Virus record (IMG/VR): IMGVR_UViG_3300037483_000113
Coordinates: 1 to 41,498 of that record
Origin: a virus
Taxonomy: Duplodnaviria; Caudoviricetes
Length of the DNA stretch: 41,498 nucleotides
Reading direction: 5' to 3' (one strand)
Under the pieces are notes generated by a model. That model saw only the letters and a list, made by a program, of their open reading frames with translations, had not been told where the DNA came from and searched no databases. Below are positions 1 through 9,359 of the stretch, piece after piece. The position numbers and the translations under genes were made by a program. Numbering within the stretch: position 1 is the stretch's first letter; the number at the start of each line of letters is the position of its first letter.

Positions 1-21
1 TGGGCCGAAAACCCGCAGGAC
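1..21. repeat. 21-bp terminal direct repeat, left copy (circular assembly overlap)
   Basis: tgggccgaaaacccgcaggac is identical to 41478-41498. Confidence 0.97.
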
Positions 22-128
22 CGATCCGAGGGGTTTCTTTTTGCGTGTCCAATCGGACATTTTGGCTTCTCCGGACATTCTGTCCGGTTGCGGGCCATGC
101 ATAACCATGCATCGAGCGGGCGCGCACC

Positions 129-524
129 ATGAAGCGTAAGCCCCAGGCGCTCAAGGTTTTGCAGGGCACCGACCGCCCGTGCCGCAACTACCCGGAGCCC
201 GAGTTCCCGGCGCCCGCCAGCACGGATCCTCCGGACTGGCTCGCTGGCCCCGAAGCCGTCGCGGAGTGGAGCCGCATTGTGGGCATCCTGGATCCGGCGC
301 GGGTGCTCACGGCCGGGGACCTGACGCTTCTGGGTCATCTCTGCAACATGCACGACTCCGCGGTACGCCGTTGGCGCAGCGGATTGGCCCCCTTGGCCGC
401 CGACCTGACGCAACTCCGGCTCGTGTACGCCGAGTTCGGCCTGACCCCGGCGTCCCGTTCCAAGGCCGGAGTGGTGCCCAAGGACCAGAAGGGCAACGCC
501 TTCACGCGGCTGAAGTCCGGATGA
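129..524 (+). CDS. terS: Terminase small subunit (P27 family-like)
   Basis: N-terminal RKPQALKVLQG, PPDWL..EA..EW, C-terminal EFGLTPASRSK; stop overlaps the terL start (ATGA). Confidence 0.93.
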   Translation: MKRKPQALKVLQGTDRPCRNYPEPEFPAPASTDPPDWLAGPEAVAEWSRIVGILDPARVLTAGDLTLLGHLCNMHDSAVRRWRSGLAPLAADLTQLRLVYAEFGLTPASRSKAGVVPKDQKGNAFTRLKSG

Positions 525-2251
525 CCTACTCCGCCCGCGCCGCGAAGTACGCCAGGGACGTGAAGGCCGGGCGGGTTGTGGCATGCCGCCTGGTGCGACT
601 GGCGTGTGTCCGGCACCTGGAGAACCTGAAGGCCCAGAAGACCAAGGCGTTCCCGTACCGCTACGACGTGGAGGCGGCAGAGAAGGTGTGCTCATTCGTG
701 GAGCTTATGCCCCACGTCAAGGGCCGATGGGCCGCGCGTCATGAGCGCATCCGGCTTGAGGACTGGCAGTGCTTCATGATCTGCGTCCCGTTCGGATGGG
801 TGCAGAAGTCGGACGGGTTGCGGCGCTACCGCCGGGTCTACGTTGAGGTGCCCAGGAAGAACGCCAAAAGTACCGTCACGGCGGCCCTAGGGAATTACAT
901 GTTCGCGGCGGACGGGGAACATGGGAGTGAGGTCTACTCGGGCGCCGGGTCCGAGAAGCAGGCGTGGGAGGTGTTCGGTCCCGCCCGCCTCATGGCGAAG
1001 GGCACGCCTGACTTCGTCGAGGCCTATGGCGTAGACGTGAACGCCAAGAACCTCAATATCCTCGAAACCGCCTCGAAGTTTGAGCCAATCATCGGCAAGC
1101 CAGGGGACGGCGCCTCGCCCTCATTCTCCATCACCGACGAGTACCACGAGCACGCGACCGACGAGCAATACGACACCATGGTGACGGGCATGGGCGCGCG
1201 GGAGCAGCCGATGGCGTGGGTCATCACCACGGCCGGCTCCGATACCGCCGGCCCGTGCTACGCGCTCCGTGCCGAGGTGGTGGACGTGCTTGAGGGCAAG
1301 GTCACGAACGACCAGCTTTTCGGTGTCATCTACACGGTGGACGACGGCGACGCGTGGGACGACCCCGCCGTGGTGCGGAAGGCGAACCCGAACTTCGGCG
1401 TCTCAGTGTTCGGGGATTACCTCCTGGCCCAACAGCGCGATGCGGTCACCGAACCTCGGAAGCAGAGCACATTCAAGACGAAGCACTTGAACGTCTGGGT
1501 CACGGCGGCGGCCCCCTACTTCAACGCCGAACTGTGGAACCGGGCGGGTGACGAGTCGCTGAAGCGCGAGGACTTCGCGGGCGAACCGTGCTGGATGGGC
1601 CTCGACCTGGCGAGCAAGCTCGACCTGTCGGCCGCCCTCTCCGTGTTCGAGCGCGACCTGAGTGGCGTCACGCATTACTACGTGTTCGCCAACTGCTACT
1701 GCCCCGAGGAGCGGCTGTCGCTTCCCGAGAACCGGCACTACGCCGGGTGGGCCGCCGAAGGCCACCTGATCGCCACGCCCGGTAACGTGACCGACTACGA
1801 CTACGTGGAGCGGAGCCTCATCGAGGACGCCGAGACGTTCCGCATCGTGAGCCTCGGCTTCGACCCGTGGCACGGCACGCAGCTCGCCACGCACCTGACG
1901 GACGCCGGGATCGAATGTGTCGAGGTGCCGCAGACCGCCAAGAACCTGTCCGACCCGATGAAGTGGATTCAGGCGCTGATCGTGGACGGCCGGATGCACC
2001 ACGACGGGAACCCCGTGCTGGGGTGGGCCATCGGCAACGTCACCGCCCAGGTGGACCGGAACGACAACGTGTTTCCGCGCAAAGAGCGGCCGGAGGCGAA
2101 GATCGACCCGGCCGTGGCGCTCATCATCGCCATGAGCCGTGCCCGGAGCGAGGAAGAGCGTGCGGTCCCTCAAGTGCTTCTCATGAGCGACCACGCGACC
2201 GCACCGACCGACGACGGATACCCCTACGATGAGGGCGCCCCATGGACGTGA
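521..2251 (+). CDS. terL: Terminase large subunit
   Basis: Walker A VPRKNAKST, Walker B ITDEYHE, ITTAG, nuclease motifs GLDLASKLDL and KIDPAVA; ATG at 521 coupled to the terS stop. Confidence 0.97.
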   Translation: MTYSARAAKYARDVKAGRVVACRLVRLACVRHLENLKAQKTKAFPYRYDVEAAEKVCSFVELMPHVKGRWAARHERIRLEDWQCFMICVPFGWVQKSDGLRRYRRVYVEVPRKNAKSTVTAALGNYMFAADGEHGSEVYSGAGSEKQAWEVFGPARLMAKGTPDFVEAYGVDVNAKNLNILETASKFEPIIGKPGDGASPSFSITDEYHEHATDEQYDTMVTGMGAREQPMAWVITTAGSDTAGPCYALRAEVVDVLEGKVTNDQLFGVIYTVDDGDAWDDPAVVRKANPNFGVSVFGDYLLAQQRDAVTEPRKQSTFKTKHLNVWVTAAAPYFNAELWNRAGDESLKREDFAGEPCWMGLDLASKLDLSAALSVFERDLSGVTHYYVFANCYCPEERLSLPENRHYAGWAAEGHLIATPGNVTDYDYVERSLIEDAETFRIVSLGFDPWHGTQLATHLTDAGIECVEVPQTAKNLSDPMKWIQALIVDGRMHHDGNPVLGWAIGNVTAQVDRNDNVFPRKERPEAKIDPAVALIIAMSRARSEEERAVPQVLLMSDHATAPTDDGYPYDEGAPWT

Positions 2252-2517
2252 GACGACTCCCACGCGTGTGGCGGCTCGGCGTTCTGCCGGAGATCGATAC
2301 GGACGTGTGTACGGCGCGGGTGAGAGTGCTCGTGGATGGGGTCGAGGTGGATGGGGTAACCGCATACGACCTCGACGCGGGTGCGGTAGACGTAGTCTGC
2401 AAGGACGGCGAGGGCGCCCACGCTGGTGGCCTTCACGTGGACCCTGATCGCCCCGACCGGGTGTGCGTCCGGACAATTCACAGCACCGTAACCATGGAGG
2501 CCAAGTATGAGGACTGA
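2242..2517 (+). CDS. Hypothetical protein
   Basis: ORF overlaps both neighbours; alternative GTG start at 2248. Confidence 0.55.
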   Translation: MDVRRLPRVWRLGVLPEIDTDVCTARVRVLVDGVEVDGVTAYDLDAGAVDVVCKDGEGAHAGGLHVDPDRPDRVCVRTIHSTVTMEAKYED

Positions 2518-2728
2518 GCTGTTCCGCATGTTGGCCGCCCGGGTGGCCGCCTGGCCGTGGCGCGAGCTGGCCCGGAACACCGTTGGCCTCGCTGGCCTCG
2601 GTCTGATCGTCGCCGGCGTGTGGGGGCTCGGGGGCTGGGAATGGGGTGCGATCTCTGCCGGCTTGCCCATCGGCGGCTTCTACGTGCTCGGGGTCCTGCG
2701 CTCGCTGCGCCCCCGTGAGGAGGTGTAA
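2507..2728 (+). CDS. Small two-TM membrane protein preceding the portal gene
   Basis: GGAGG RBS, two hydrophobic segments, TAATG coupling to portal. Confidence 0.75.
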   Translation: MRTELFRMLAARVAAWPWRELARNTVGLAGLGLIVAGVWGLGGWEWGAISAGLPIGGFYVLGVLRSLRPREEV

Positions 2729-4329
2729 TGCTCGCCTGGCTCGCCCGCCCCTCGCTCAAGGCCGACGTCTCGTGGTCCGCCTACGATCCCCGGTGGTACC
2801 GCGACATCGGCGGGACCTACTCGGACTCCGGAACCGTGGTGGTACCCGAGTCCGCCCTGTCCATCGCCGCGGTCTACCGGGCGGTCAACGTGCTGGCCCA
2901 CTCGGTCGCGTCCATCCCTCTGGTGGTCTACCGGCGCACCGACGACGGGAAGGAGCGCGACCGGGAGCACCCCGCCTACGACCTGCTGCACGACAAGCCG
3001 AACGCTTTCCAGACGTCGTTCCGCTGGCGGCACCTGCTCATGACCCAGGCCGTGCTCTGGGGCGACCACTATTCGGAGGTCATGCCGGGCGTCGGTGGGA
3101 TCGGGGGACTCGTTCCGCTGAACCCCGACACGACGCGCGTCGTGGACCAGATGCGGGACGGGCGGCTGGTCTACGTGACGCGCGACAAGGGCGTGAACGG
3201 GTACGGCGAGGAACGCCGGCTTTTGCAGGACGAGGTGTTCCACATCCGCGGCTTCTCCATCGACGGCAAGAGCGGGATCCCGCTCACGAAGCTGGCCCGC
3301 AACGCCATGGGCCTTGCGCTCTCGGCCGAGCGGCACGGTGCGCTATTCCTGAAAAAGGGCGCCCGGTTCTCTGGCTTCCTCACGACGGCCGCGTCGATGA
3401 CCGAGCCCGTCCGGAAGGCCAACGAGGACGCGTGGCAGCGGCAGTACGGAGCCAACGCGACCGGGGCAACGCCAATCCTCACGGGTGGGCTGGAGTTCAA
3501 GCCGGTCAGCGCGAACAACCGCGACAGCCAGTGGCTTGAGGCCCGCACGTTCCAGGTGGAGGAAATCCTCCGTTTCCTGGGCGTGCCGGGCGTGCTCTGC
3601 GGGTACGCGGACAAGACGGCCACCTACGCGAGCGCCGAGCAATTCTTCCTTTCGTTCGTCACGCACTCCGTCCGACCCTGGACCGAGAACATCGCGGCCG
3701 AGCTGAACGGTTCCGTGATCGTGGGGTCGCCCGACTACTTTGCCGAGTTCGTGCTGGAAGGCCTGCTCAAGGGCGACATCAAGACGCGCTACGACGCCTA
3801 CCGGATCGGCATCGCGTCGGGGTTCCTGAACCGCAACGAGGCGCGGGCCACGGAGAACATGAACCCCGGGCCGGAGGAGTTGGACACGTTCCTGGAGCCG
3901 CTGAACATGGTGGAGGCCGGGGCAGAGCGGGAGGAAGCCGCAGCGCCCGCCCGCCCGGCCCCGGCCCCGGCCCCGCGCGAGGACGACAACGAGGCGGCCG
4001 CGCGGAGCCAATTCACCGCGATCACCGAGCGGACGGCCCAACGGCTCGCCCGCAAGGAGTTGGCCGCCATCGTGGGCACGAAGGGCAAGCTCGGGGCTGC
4101 GGCCAAGTACGCCGACAAGCCCGACGGCTGGCGGGCGTGGCTGGAGACGTTCTACGCCGACCACGCGGTCCACGTCAGCGAAGACCTTGGCGTCCCGCTC
4201 GCCATTGCGGAGCGGTACTGTGCGGGCCAACGTGAGCGGTTCGCCGTGCTCCCGGCCGAGACGGAGTCCGCCGAATCCGAAAGCATCGCCGCGCTACTGC
4301 GGCTCACCCCAGCGAGGATAGCAGCATGA
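2728..4329 (+). CDS. Portal protein (HK97 family) with C-terminal extension
   Basis: AVYRAVNVLA..VASIPL, EVFHIRG, DSQWLEAR, LKGDIKTRY, LNRNEARATEN; GAGGAGG RBS. Confidence 0.96.
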   Translation: MLAWLARPSLKADVSWSAYDPRWYRDIGGTYSDSGTVVVPESALSIAAVYRAVNVLAHSVASIPLVVYRRTDDGKERDREHPAYDLLHDKPNAFQTSFRWRHLLMTQAVLWGDHYSEVMPGVGGIGGLVPLNPDTTRVVDQMRDGRLVYVTRDKGVNGYGEERRLLQDEVFHIRGFSIDGKSGIPLTKLARNAMGLALSAERHGALFLKKGARFSGFLTTAASMTEPVRKANEDAWQRQYGANATGATPILTGGLEFKPVSANNRDSQWLEARTFQVEEILRFLGVPGVLCGYADKTATYASAEQFFLSFVTHSVRPWTENIAAELNGSVIVGSPDYFAEFVLEGLLKGDIKTRYDAYRIGIASGFLNRNEARATENMNPGPEELDTFLEPLNMVEAGAEREEAAAPARPAPAPAPREDDNEAAARSQFTAITERTAQRLARKELAAIVGTKGKLGAAAKYADKPDGWRAWLETFYADHAVHVSEDLGVPLAIAERYCAGQRERFAVLPAETESAESESIAALLRLTPARIAA

Positions 4330-5225
4330 GCCTCACCACCGTACCCCACCTGCTCCGTGCGCTGTCGTCTGAGCCCCTGGCCATCGAGCCACGCACGCTC
4401 CGGGCCTTCCTGTCCGTGCTCCGCCAGCGCGGCGACGGCGCGTCGTTCACGGGCATGGGGCTGCACGCGGAGATGGGAGTCCCCATGCCGCGACCCCAGC
4501 ACGAGGCGGCCGACGGTCGGATTGCCGTCATCCCAATCGTCGGCCTGATCTCGAACAGGGCACAGAGCCTGGGCACCGGTGCGGATCGGATCGGCGCCAT
4601 GGTGGACGCCGCGGTCAAGAGCGCCCGCGTGGACGGGATCGTGTTCGACATCGACTCCCCGGGCGGTACGGTCACCGGCGTCCCCGAGCTGGCTGACAAG
4701 ATCTACGAGGCGGGCAAGATCAAGCCCACGGTGTCGGTGGCGAACGGGCTCATGGCGTCGGCGGCCTATTGGGCCGGGTCTGCGGCGAACAAGGTGGTGG
4801 TTACCCCGTCGGGCGAGCCCGGAAGCATCGGGGTCTACCTGCTCCACGAGGATTGGACGGCGGCCATGGAGGCGGACGGCGTCAAGATCACGGAGATCAG
4901 CGCCGGCAAGTACAAGACGGAAGGCGCCCCGTGGAAGCCGCTGGACGAAGAGGCCGAGTCCTACCTCCAGGGCCGCGTCACCGCCGCCTACGACTGGTTC
5001 GTGAAGGACGTGGCCCGGTTCCGGGGCGACACCCCGGCCGCCGTGCGGAAGGGATACGGCGAGGGCCGGGTTCTGACCGCGAAGGACGCCGTGGCCGCCA
5101 AGTTGGCCGACCGGGTCGGGACGCTCTCCGAGACGGTGGCCCGGATGGCGGAAGAGACGGCGTCGCGCCGCGAGCGTGACGCCGCGATGGACGCCCGGAA
5201 GCGGGCACGCATGAGGGGCGCTTGA
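4326..5225 (+). CDS. Prohead protease, S49/SppA-like peptidase
   Basis: DIDSPGG, ASAAYWAGS, GSIGV, SAGKYK motifs; lies between portal and capsid. Confidence 0.94.
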   Translation: MSLTTVPHLLRALSSEPLAIEPRTLRAFLSVLRQRGDGASFTGMGLHAEMGVPMPRPQHEAADGRIAVIPIVGLISNRAQSLGTGADRIGAMVDAAVKSARVDGIVFDIDSPGGTVTGVPELADKIYEAGKIKPTVSVANGLMASAAYWAGSAANKVVVTPSGEPGSIGVYLLHEDWTAAMEADGVKITEISAGKYKTEGAPWKPLDEEAESYLQGRVTAAYDWFVKDVARFRGDTPAAVRKGYGEGRVLTAKDAVAAKLADRVGTLSETVARMAEETASRRERDAAMDARKRARMRGA

Positions 5226-5251
5226 CCCTACAGGCGGTACCGTTGTAAGAT
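5222..5251 (+). promoter_or_regulatory. Putative sigma70-type promoter upstream of the capsid gene
   Basis: TTGACC (5222-27), 18-bp spacer, TAAGAT (5246-51); similar to the element at 38050. Confidence 0.6.
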
Positions 5252-5341
5252 TGGGCCACGACATACACGGCACGCGAGATCCCGCCTCCTTTGAGAGTGG
5301 GTGAGCGAAGCCGGCACTCGCAAAATACGCAGCCTCCGATG

Positions 5342-5403
5342 AGCGCGCGTGAGCGAGTCCAGAACCGATTCACTTCGGTGCTGGACCGCTCCCGCGCTTT
5401 TTT
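5342..5403 (+). terminator. Long hairpin plus T6 tract in the capsid leader (intrinsic terminator or attenuator)
   Basis: Nested pairs AGCGCG/CGCGCT, GAGCG/CGCTC, GTCCAG/CTGGAC, ACCGA/TCGGT, then TTTTTT at 5398-5403. Confidence 0.7.
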
Positions 5404-5446
5404 GTGCGGGCCTTCCCAGCACCACCACACTGGGAGATACCGCACC

Positions 5447-6862
5447 ATGGCCGCTCGAATCTACGAGCTGAAGGCGCAGCGCAAGGCGCTCGCCACGGAG
5501 GCCAACGCTGCGCTGGACAAGGTCCAGGCGACCGCGACCGCCGAGAATCGCGCCCTGACCGCCGAGGAACTGGCGGCCCAGGATGCCTTCGACACCCGCC
5601 TCGCCGCGCTGGACGCGCAGATCGCCCTCCAGGACCGCAAGGACGACCGGGACCGCAAGTACGGGAGCGCACTCCCCGCCGAGCCCGGCGCCCGTGAGGT
5701 CCCCGGCTCCGGCATCCAGGTCCAACTCCGGGCCGAGAACGACCCGAAGCGCGGGTTCGCAACGCCCCGGGACTTCTTCCTGGCCGCCATCGACAACTCG
5801 GGGCTGCGTGACCGCGCCGACGTGACCGACGAGCGGCTGGCGTCGCTGGCCGTGATGGACAAGGACGACAAGGCCGCGGCCGGCGAGCTGGCGTTCATGC
5901 TGCCCGACTTCCGCATGAAGGCCACTGTCGGCTCCGACGAACAGGGCGAGTACAGCGACACCTACGGCGGGTTCGCGGTGCCCCGGACGCGGGCTCCGGG
6001 CCTGCTCCAGGTGGGCTTCGAGGGCGACCCGACCGCCGGGCTCACCCAGAACGTCCCGATGGCCTCCCCCGCAATCGACATGGTGGCGAGGACCGACAAG
6101 GACCACACGTCCAGCGTGGCGGGTGGGTTCACCGTCGCCCGCCGGGCCGAGACGACCGCGGCGTCGTCCAGTCGCATGGCGCTCGAAATGGTGAGCCTGA
6201 AGGCGTCCAGCCTGTTCGGCCTCGCCTACGCGACCGAGGAGCTGCTGGCCGACTCGCCGATCTCGTTCGCCGCGCTGATCGACACCGGGTTCCGCACGCA
6301 GATGGGCGCCCACATCCTGAACGAGAAGATCCGCGGCCTCGGCGGCACCGAGTACATCGGCGTCCTGAACGCCGCGTGCGCGGTGGAGATCGCCAAGGAG
6401 ACGAACCAGGCGGCCGACACCATCGTGTTCGACAACGTGAACAAGATGGCCGCGCGGTGCTGGGGTCTGGGCTCCGCGATCTGGCTCGCCAACCACGACG
6501 CTCGCACGCAGCTCGTGAAGATCTCCCTGCCCATCGGGACGGGCGGCGTGGCGATGTACCAGCCGAGCCAGGCGTCCGGCTTCCCCGACATGCTGTGGGG
6601 CCGTCCGGTGCTGTACTCCGAGTACATGCCCACGGTCGGGGACGCGGGCGACATCGCCATCGTCAACTGGTCGCAGTACCTGGAGGGGGTCTACCAGCCC
6701 ATCCAGAGCGCCGAGTCCATCCACGTCCGGTTCGTCAACCACGAGCGGACGTTCAAGCTCTGGACGCGCAACTGCGGCGCCCCGTGGTGGAGGTCCGCCC
6801 TCACCCCGAACAAGGGCTCCAACACGCTGTCGCCCATCGTCACACTCGCCGCGCGCACGTAA
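5447..6862 (+). CDS. Major capsid protein, HK97 fold, with N-terminal coiled-coil delta domain
   Basis: ENRALTAEE scaffold segment, GGFAVP, TEELLADS, LWGRPVLYSEYMP; GGGAG RBS and ATG at 5447. Confidence 0.94.
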   Translation: MAARIYELKAQRKALATEANAALDKVQATATAENRALTAEELAAQDAFDTRLAALDAQIALQDRKDDRDRKYGSALPAEPGAREVPGSGIQVQLRAENDPKRGFATPRDFFLAAIDNSGLRDRADVTDERLASLAVMDKDDKAAAGELAFMLPDFRMKATVGSDEQGEYSDTYGGFAVPRTRAPGLLQVGFEGDPTAGLTQNVPMASPAIDMVARTDKDHTSSVAGGFTVARRAETTAASSSRMALEMVSLKASSLFGLAYATEELLADSPISFAALIDTGFRTQMGAHILNEKIRGLGGTEYIGVLNAACAVEIAKETNQAADTIVFDNVNKMAARCWGLGSAIWLANHDARTQLVKISLPIGTGGVAMYQPSQASGFPDMLWGRPVLYSEYMPTVGDAGDIAIVNWSQYLEGVYQPIQSAESIHVRFVNHERTFKLWTRNCGAPWWRSALTPNKGSNTLSPIVTLAART

Positions 6863-6891
6863 CCCGGCGCTGACCACAAGGAGAACCGAAT

Positions 6892-7362
6892 ATGACCGCC
6901 ACGTACACCGCGGAACACTTTTCCGCCCGCTTCGACGCCCGCACCGTCATCCACAACCCGGCCGACGCCGCGACGGCGCAGCTGGTGGACCTGGCGCGGC
7001 CGAAGACCGGGGCCACGGAGTGCCTCCCCGTCGCGGGGTTCCGGCGCTTCTTCGCGTCGGTCACCACGAGCATCCTCACGGGCACCGGCCCGACCGCCTT
7101 CTCCATCTACGCCGCGACCTCCGCGGCCGGCGCCGGTGGCGTCGCGGTGGTGACGCACGCGGTGGGCTCGGCGCCCGACGCGCTCAACGACAGCCTCGTG
7201 CTGGAGTGCGACATCGACCAGATCCGCGAAGTCCTCGCCACCGCCACGCACGTCGGCGTGTGGCTGGACTGCAACAACAACGACGACGAGGCCGCCGTCA
7301 CGTTCATCCGCTACGAGGCCGAGAGGGAGTACGCCGGTCTGACCGCGGACTACGTGTCCTGA
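6892..7362 (+). CDS. Putative head decoration or virion protein
   Basis: AGGAG RBS, directly after the capsid gene, beta-rich Ala/Thr/Val composition. Confidence 0.65.
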   Translation: MTATYTAEHFSARFDARTVIHNPADAATAQLVDLARPKTGATECLPVAGFRRFFASVTTSILTGTGPTAFSIYAATSAAGAGGVAVVTHAVGSAPDALNDSLVLECDIDQIREVLATATHVGVWLDCNNNDDEAAVTFIRYEAEREYAGLTADYVS

Positions 7363-7368
7363 CCGTGA

Positions 7369-7396
7369 GCGGGCGGGGCCTCCGGGTCCCGCCCGC
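7369..7396 (+). other. GC-rich intergenic hairpin without a U-tract
   Basis: GCGGGCGGGGCC-TCCG-GGTCCCGCCCGC, 12-bp stem. Confidence 0.6.
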
Positions 7397-7461
7397 CACC
7401 CTTCACCACCGAGGCGGAACCACCGCCCACCGAAACGCCTTCGGGCGTATGGAGCAGGACC

Positions 7462-8346
7462 ATGAGCTACACGAACGTCAAGAGCGAGTGGGTGGACGGC
7501 AACCTCGTCTTCTCCGACAAGGCCGGCGCGGTCATCTTCACCATCGACGGCACGAACCGGAAGTTCACCTTCCCCTCCGGAAGCGAACTGGAGCTCGCGT
7601 CTGGCGCCATCGCCGACTTCAGCGATGAGGCCCTCGCCGCCGCCGACATCGCGCTGGCCGAGGGATCCATCCTCGTCGGCAACGCTGCGGGTGCCGCTGC
7701 GGCCCTGGACGCCAAGGGCGACACCAAGGTGCTCGTCGGCAACGCGACCACCATCACGTCGGTGGCCCTGAGCGGTGACGTGACGATGGACAACGCCGGG
7801 GCCGTCACCCTGGCCGCCGACTCCGTGGACCTGTCCCACCTCGGCTCCGACACGAACACCTGGCTCAACGACATCCGTACCTACGTGGCGGATGGGATGC
7901 TCGCCATCGCGACGATCACGGTGAGCGCCGGCGACGCCACGGACTTCAAGACCACGACCACGGCGATCTACCGCATCGCGGGGACGCACTACACCAAGGC
8001 GGCCACGGACACGCTTAGCTTCAGTGCGGCCGACACGATCAACACGGGTGCGGGCGCCGGTACGCTGTGGGGCATCTGGCTCGTCCAGATCAACGCGGCG
8101 GGCACGGTCAGCACGAAGCCCGGCGCGGTGGACATGACCTACGCCAACGAGGCTGCGGCCATCGCGGCCCTGCCTGCCGTGGACGCCGACAACATCCAGA
8201 TCGGCTACATCACCGTGCAGGGGTTGGAGGCCACGGAGTGGGTGGCGAACACGGGCAACCTGACCGTGGGCGGGGGCGCGGGTAACGTCACCGCCCGCTC
8301 GTTCTACGACCTGCCGACTCCGGCGACGCTGCCGGCCGCGCTGTAA
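7462..8346 (+). CDS. Putative head fibre or decoration protein
   Basis: Ala/Gly/Thr-rich, with fibre-like repeats GSILVGNAAG, VLVGNAT and ALSGDVTM. Confidence 0.65.
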   Translation: MSYTNVKSEWVDGNLVFSDKAGAVIFTIDGTNRKFTFPSGSELELASGAIADFSDEALAAADIALAEGSILVGNAAGAAAALDAKGDTKVLVGNATTITSVALSGDVTMDNAGAVTLAADSVDLSHLGSDTNTWLNDIRTYVADGMLAIATITVSAGDATDFKTTTTAIYRIAGTHYTKAATDTLSFSAADTINTGAGAGTLWGIWLVQINAAGTVSTKPGAVDMTYANEAAAIAALPAVDADNIQIGYITVQGLEATEWVANTGNLTVGGGAGNVTARSFYDLPTPATLPAAL

Positions 8347-8354
8347 CGCACGAA

Positions 8355-8381
8355 CGGGGGCGGGTACACCGCCCGCCCCCG
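8355..8381 (+). other. GC-rich intergenic hairpin without a clear U-tract
   Basis: CGGGGGCGGGT-ACACC-GCCCGCCCCCG. Confidence 0.6.
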
Positions 8382-8405
8382 GACCTTCTGCCGGAGAGGT
8401 GATCC

Positions 8406-8777
8406 ATGGCCGGTTCGGCGATGGTGTTCACGGAGACGACCCACACCAGCGCGCGGAAGATCGTCGCGGCCTGGACCGCCGACGACGCGACGGGCGCCGT
8501 CAGCGGTGACACGTCGTTTTCCTACGATGGCGCATGCCTCGGGTTCACCACGATCCCGGGCACCGGTGGCGACGCGCCGGACGACAACTACGACGTGGCG
8601 ATCACGGACGCCGACGGCCACGACGTGCTCCTGGGCGCGGGCGCGAACCGCGACACCGCGAACACCGAACACGTTGCTGGCACGAGCCTCGCGTGCGCGG
8701 CCGGTAGCGTGTTGACGTTCGCGATCACGAACGCCGGGAACGCCAACAAGGGCACGGTCGTTCTGTGGGTGCGCTGA
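8406..8777 (+). CDS. Hypothetical virion protein
   Basis: GAGGTG RBS, lies in the structural operon. Confidence 0.75.
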   Translation: MAGSAMVFTETTHTSARKIVAAWTADDATGAVSGDTSFSYDGACLGFTTIPGTGGDAPDDNYDVAITDADGHDVLLGAGANRDTANTEHVAGTSLACAAGSVLTFAITNAGNANKGTVVLWVR

Positions 8778-8781
8778 CGCC

Positions 8782-9357
8782 ATGCGCCTGATCCTGACCA
8801 CCGGCCCCACCGAGGAACCCATCGCCCTCCCGGACGCGAAGCGCCACCTCCGGGTGAGCGATGACGCGACCGACGAGGATGCGCTGATCCTCGACTGGAT
8901 CGCCAGCGCGCGCCGTGAAGCGGAGCGCGTGATGGGCCGTCCGCTCGTTCAGCAGACGTGGACGGGGAAGATGGACTATTTCCCCGACAGCAACGAGATC
9001 GAGATCCCGCTCGCCCCGCTCGTCAGCGTGTCCAGCGTCAAGTACATCGACCCGGACGGCGACCTTCAGACGTTCTCTTCTGCCAGTTACACGGTGGACC
9101 TTTCCGGCGTGTTGGGTCGGATCTACCTGAACTACGGCGAGTCCTGGCCGAGCATCCGAGTGGAGCCGAACGCCGTCCGCATCGAGTTCGTTGCCGGGTA
9201 CGGTGACGCCTCTACGGTGCCCGAGGACGTGCGGTCCTGGATGCTGCTCCGCATCGGTGAGCGGTACGAGCACCGGGAGGGCACGGTGGTGGGTACCATC
9301 GCCACCAGGCTACCCGGCGTCGACGCGCTGGTGACCGGCGAACGGATCGGGTTCTGA
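8782..9357 (+). CDS. Head-tail connector/adaptor (gp6-like)
   Basis: EEPIALPDAKRHLRV, LVQQTW, AVRIEFVAGYG, VPEDVR..MLLRIGERYEHRE. Confidence 0.92.
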   Translation: MRLILTTGPTEEPIALPDAKRHLRVSDDATDEDALILDWIASARREAERVMGRPLVQQTWTGKMDYFPDSNEIEIPLAPLVSVSSVKYIDPDGDLQTFSSASYTVDLSGVLGRIYLNYGESWPSIRVEPNAVRIEFVAGYGDASTVPEDVRSWMLLRIGERYEHREGTVVGTIATRLPGVDALVTGERIGF

Positions 9358-9359
9358 CC

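Noticed and set aside
1-21. Biological terminal repeat of the virion
   Set aside because: A 21-bp exact overlap is typical of assembler k-mer circularisation, and the HNH/terminase type suggests cos ends
179-520. N-terminal extension of TerL given in the ORF track
   Set aside because: It overlaps terS; the ATGA-coupled start at 521 is more plausible
5291-5446. N-terminal extension of the capsid ORF from a TTG start
   Set aside because: The region is a structured leader; the RBS supports ATG 5447
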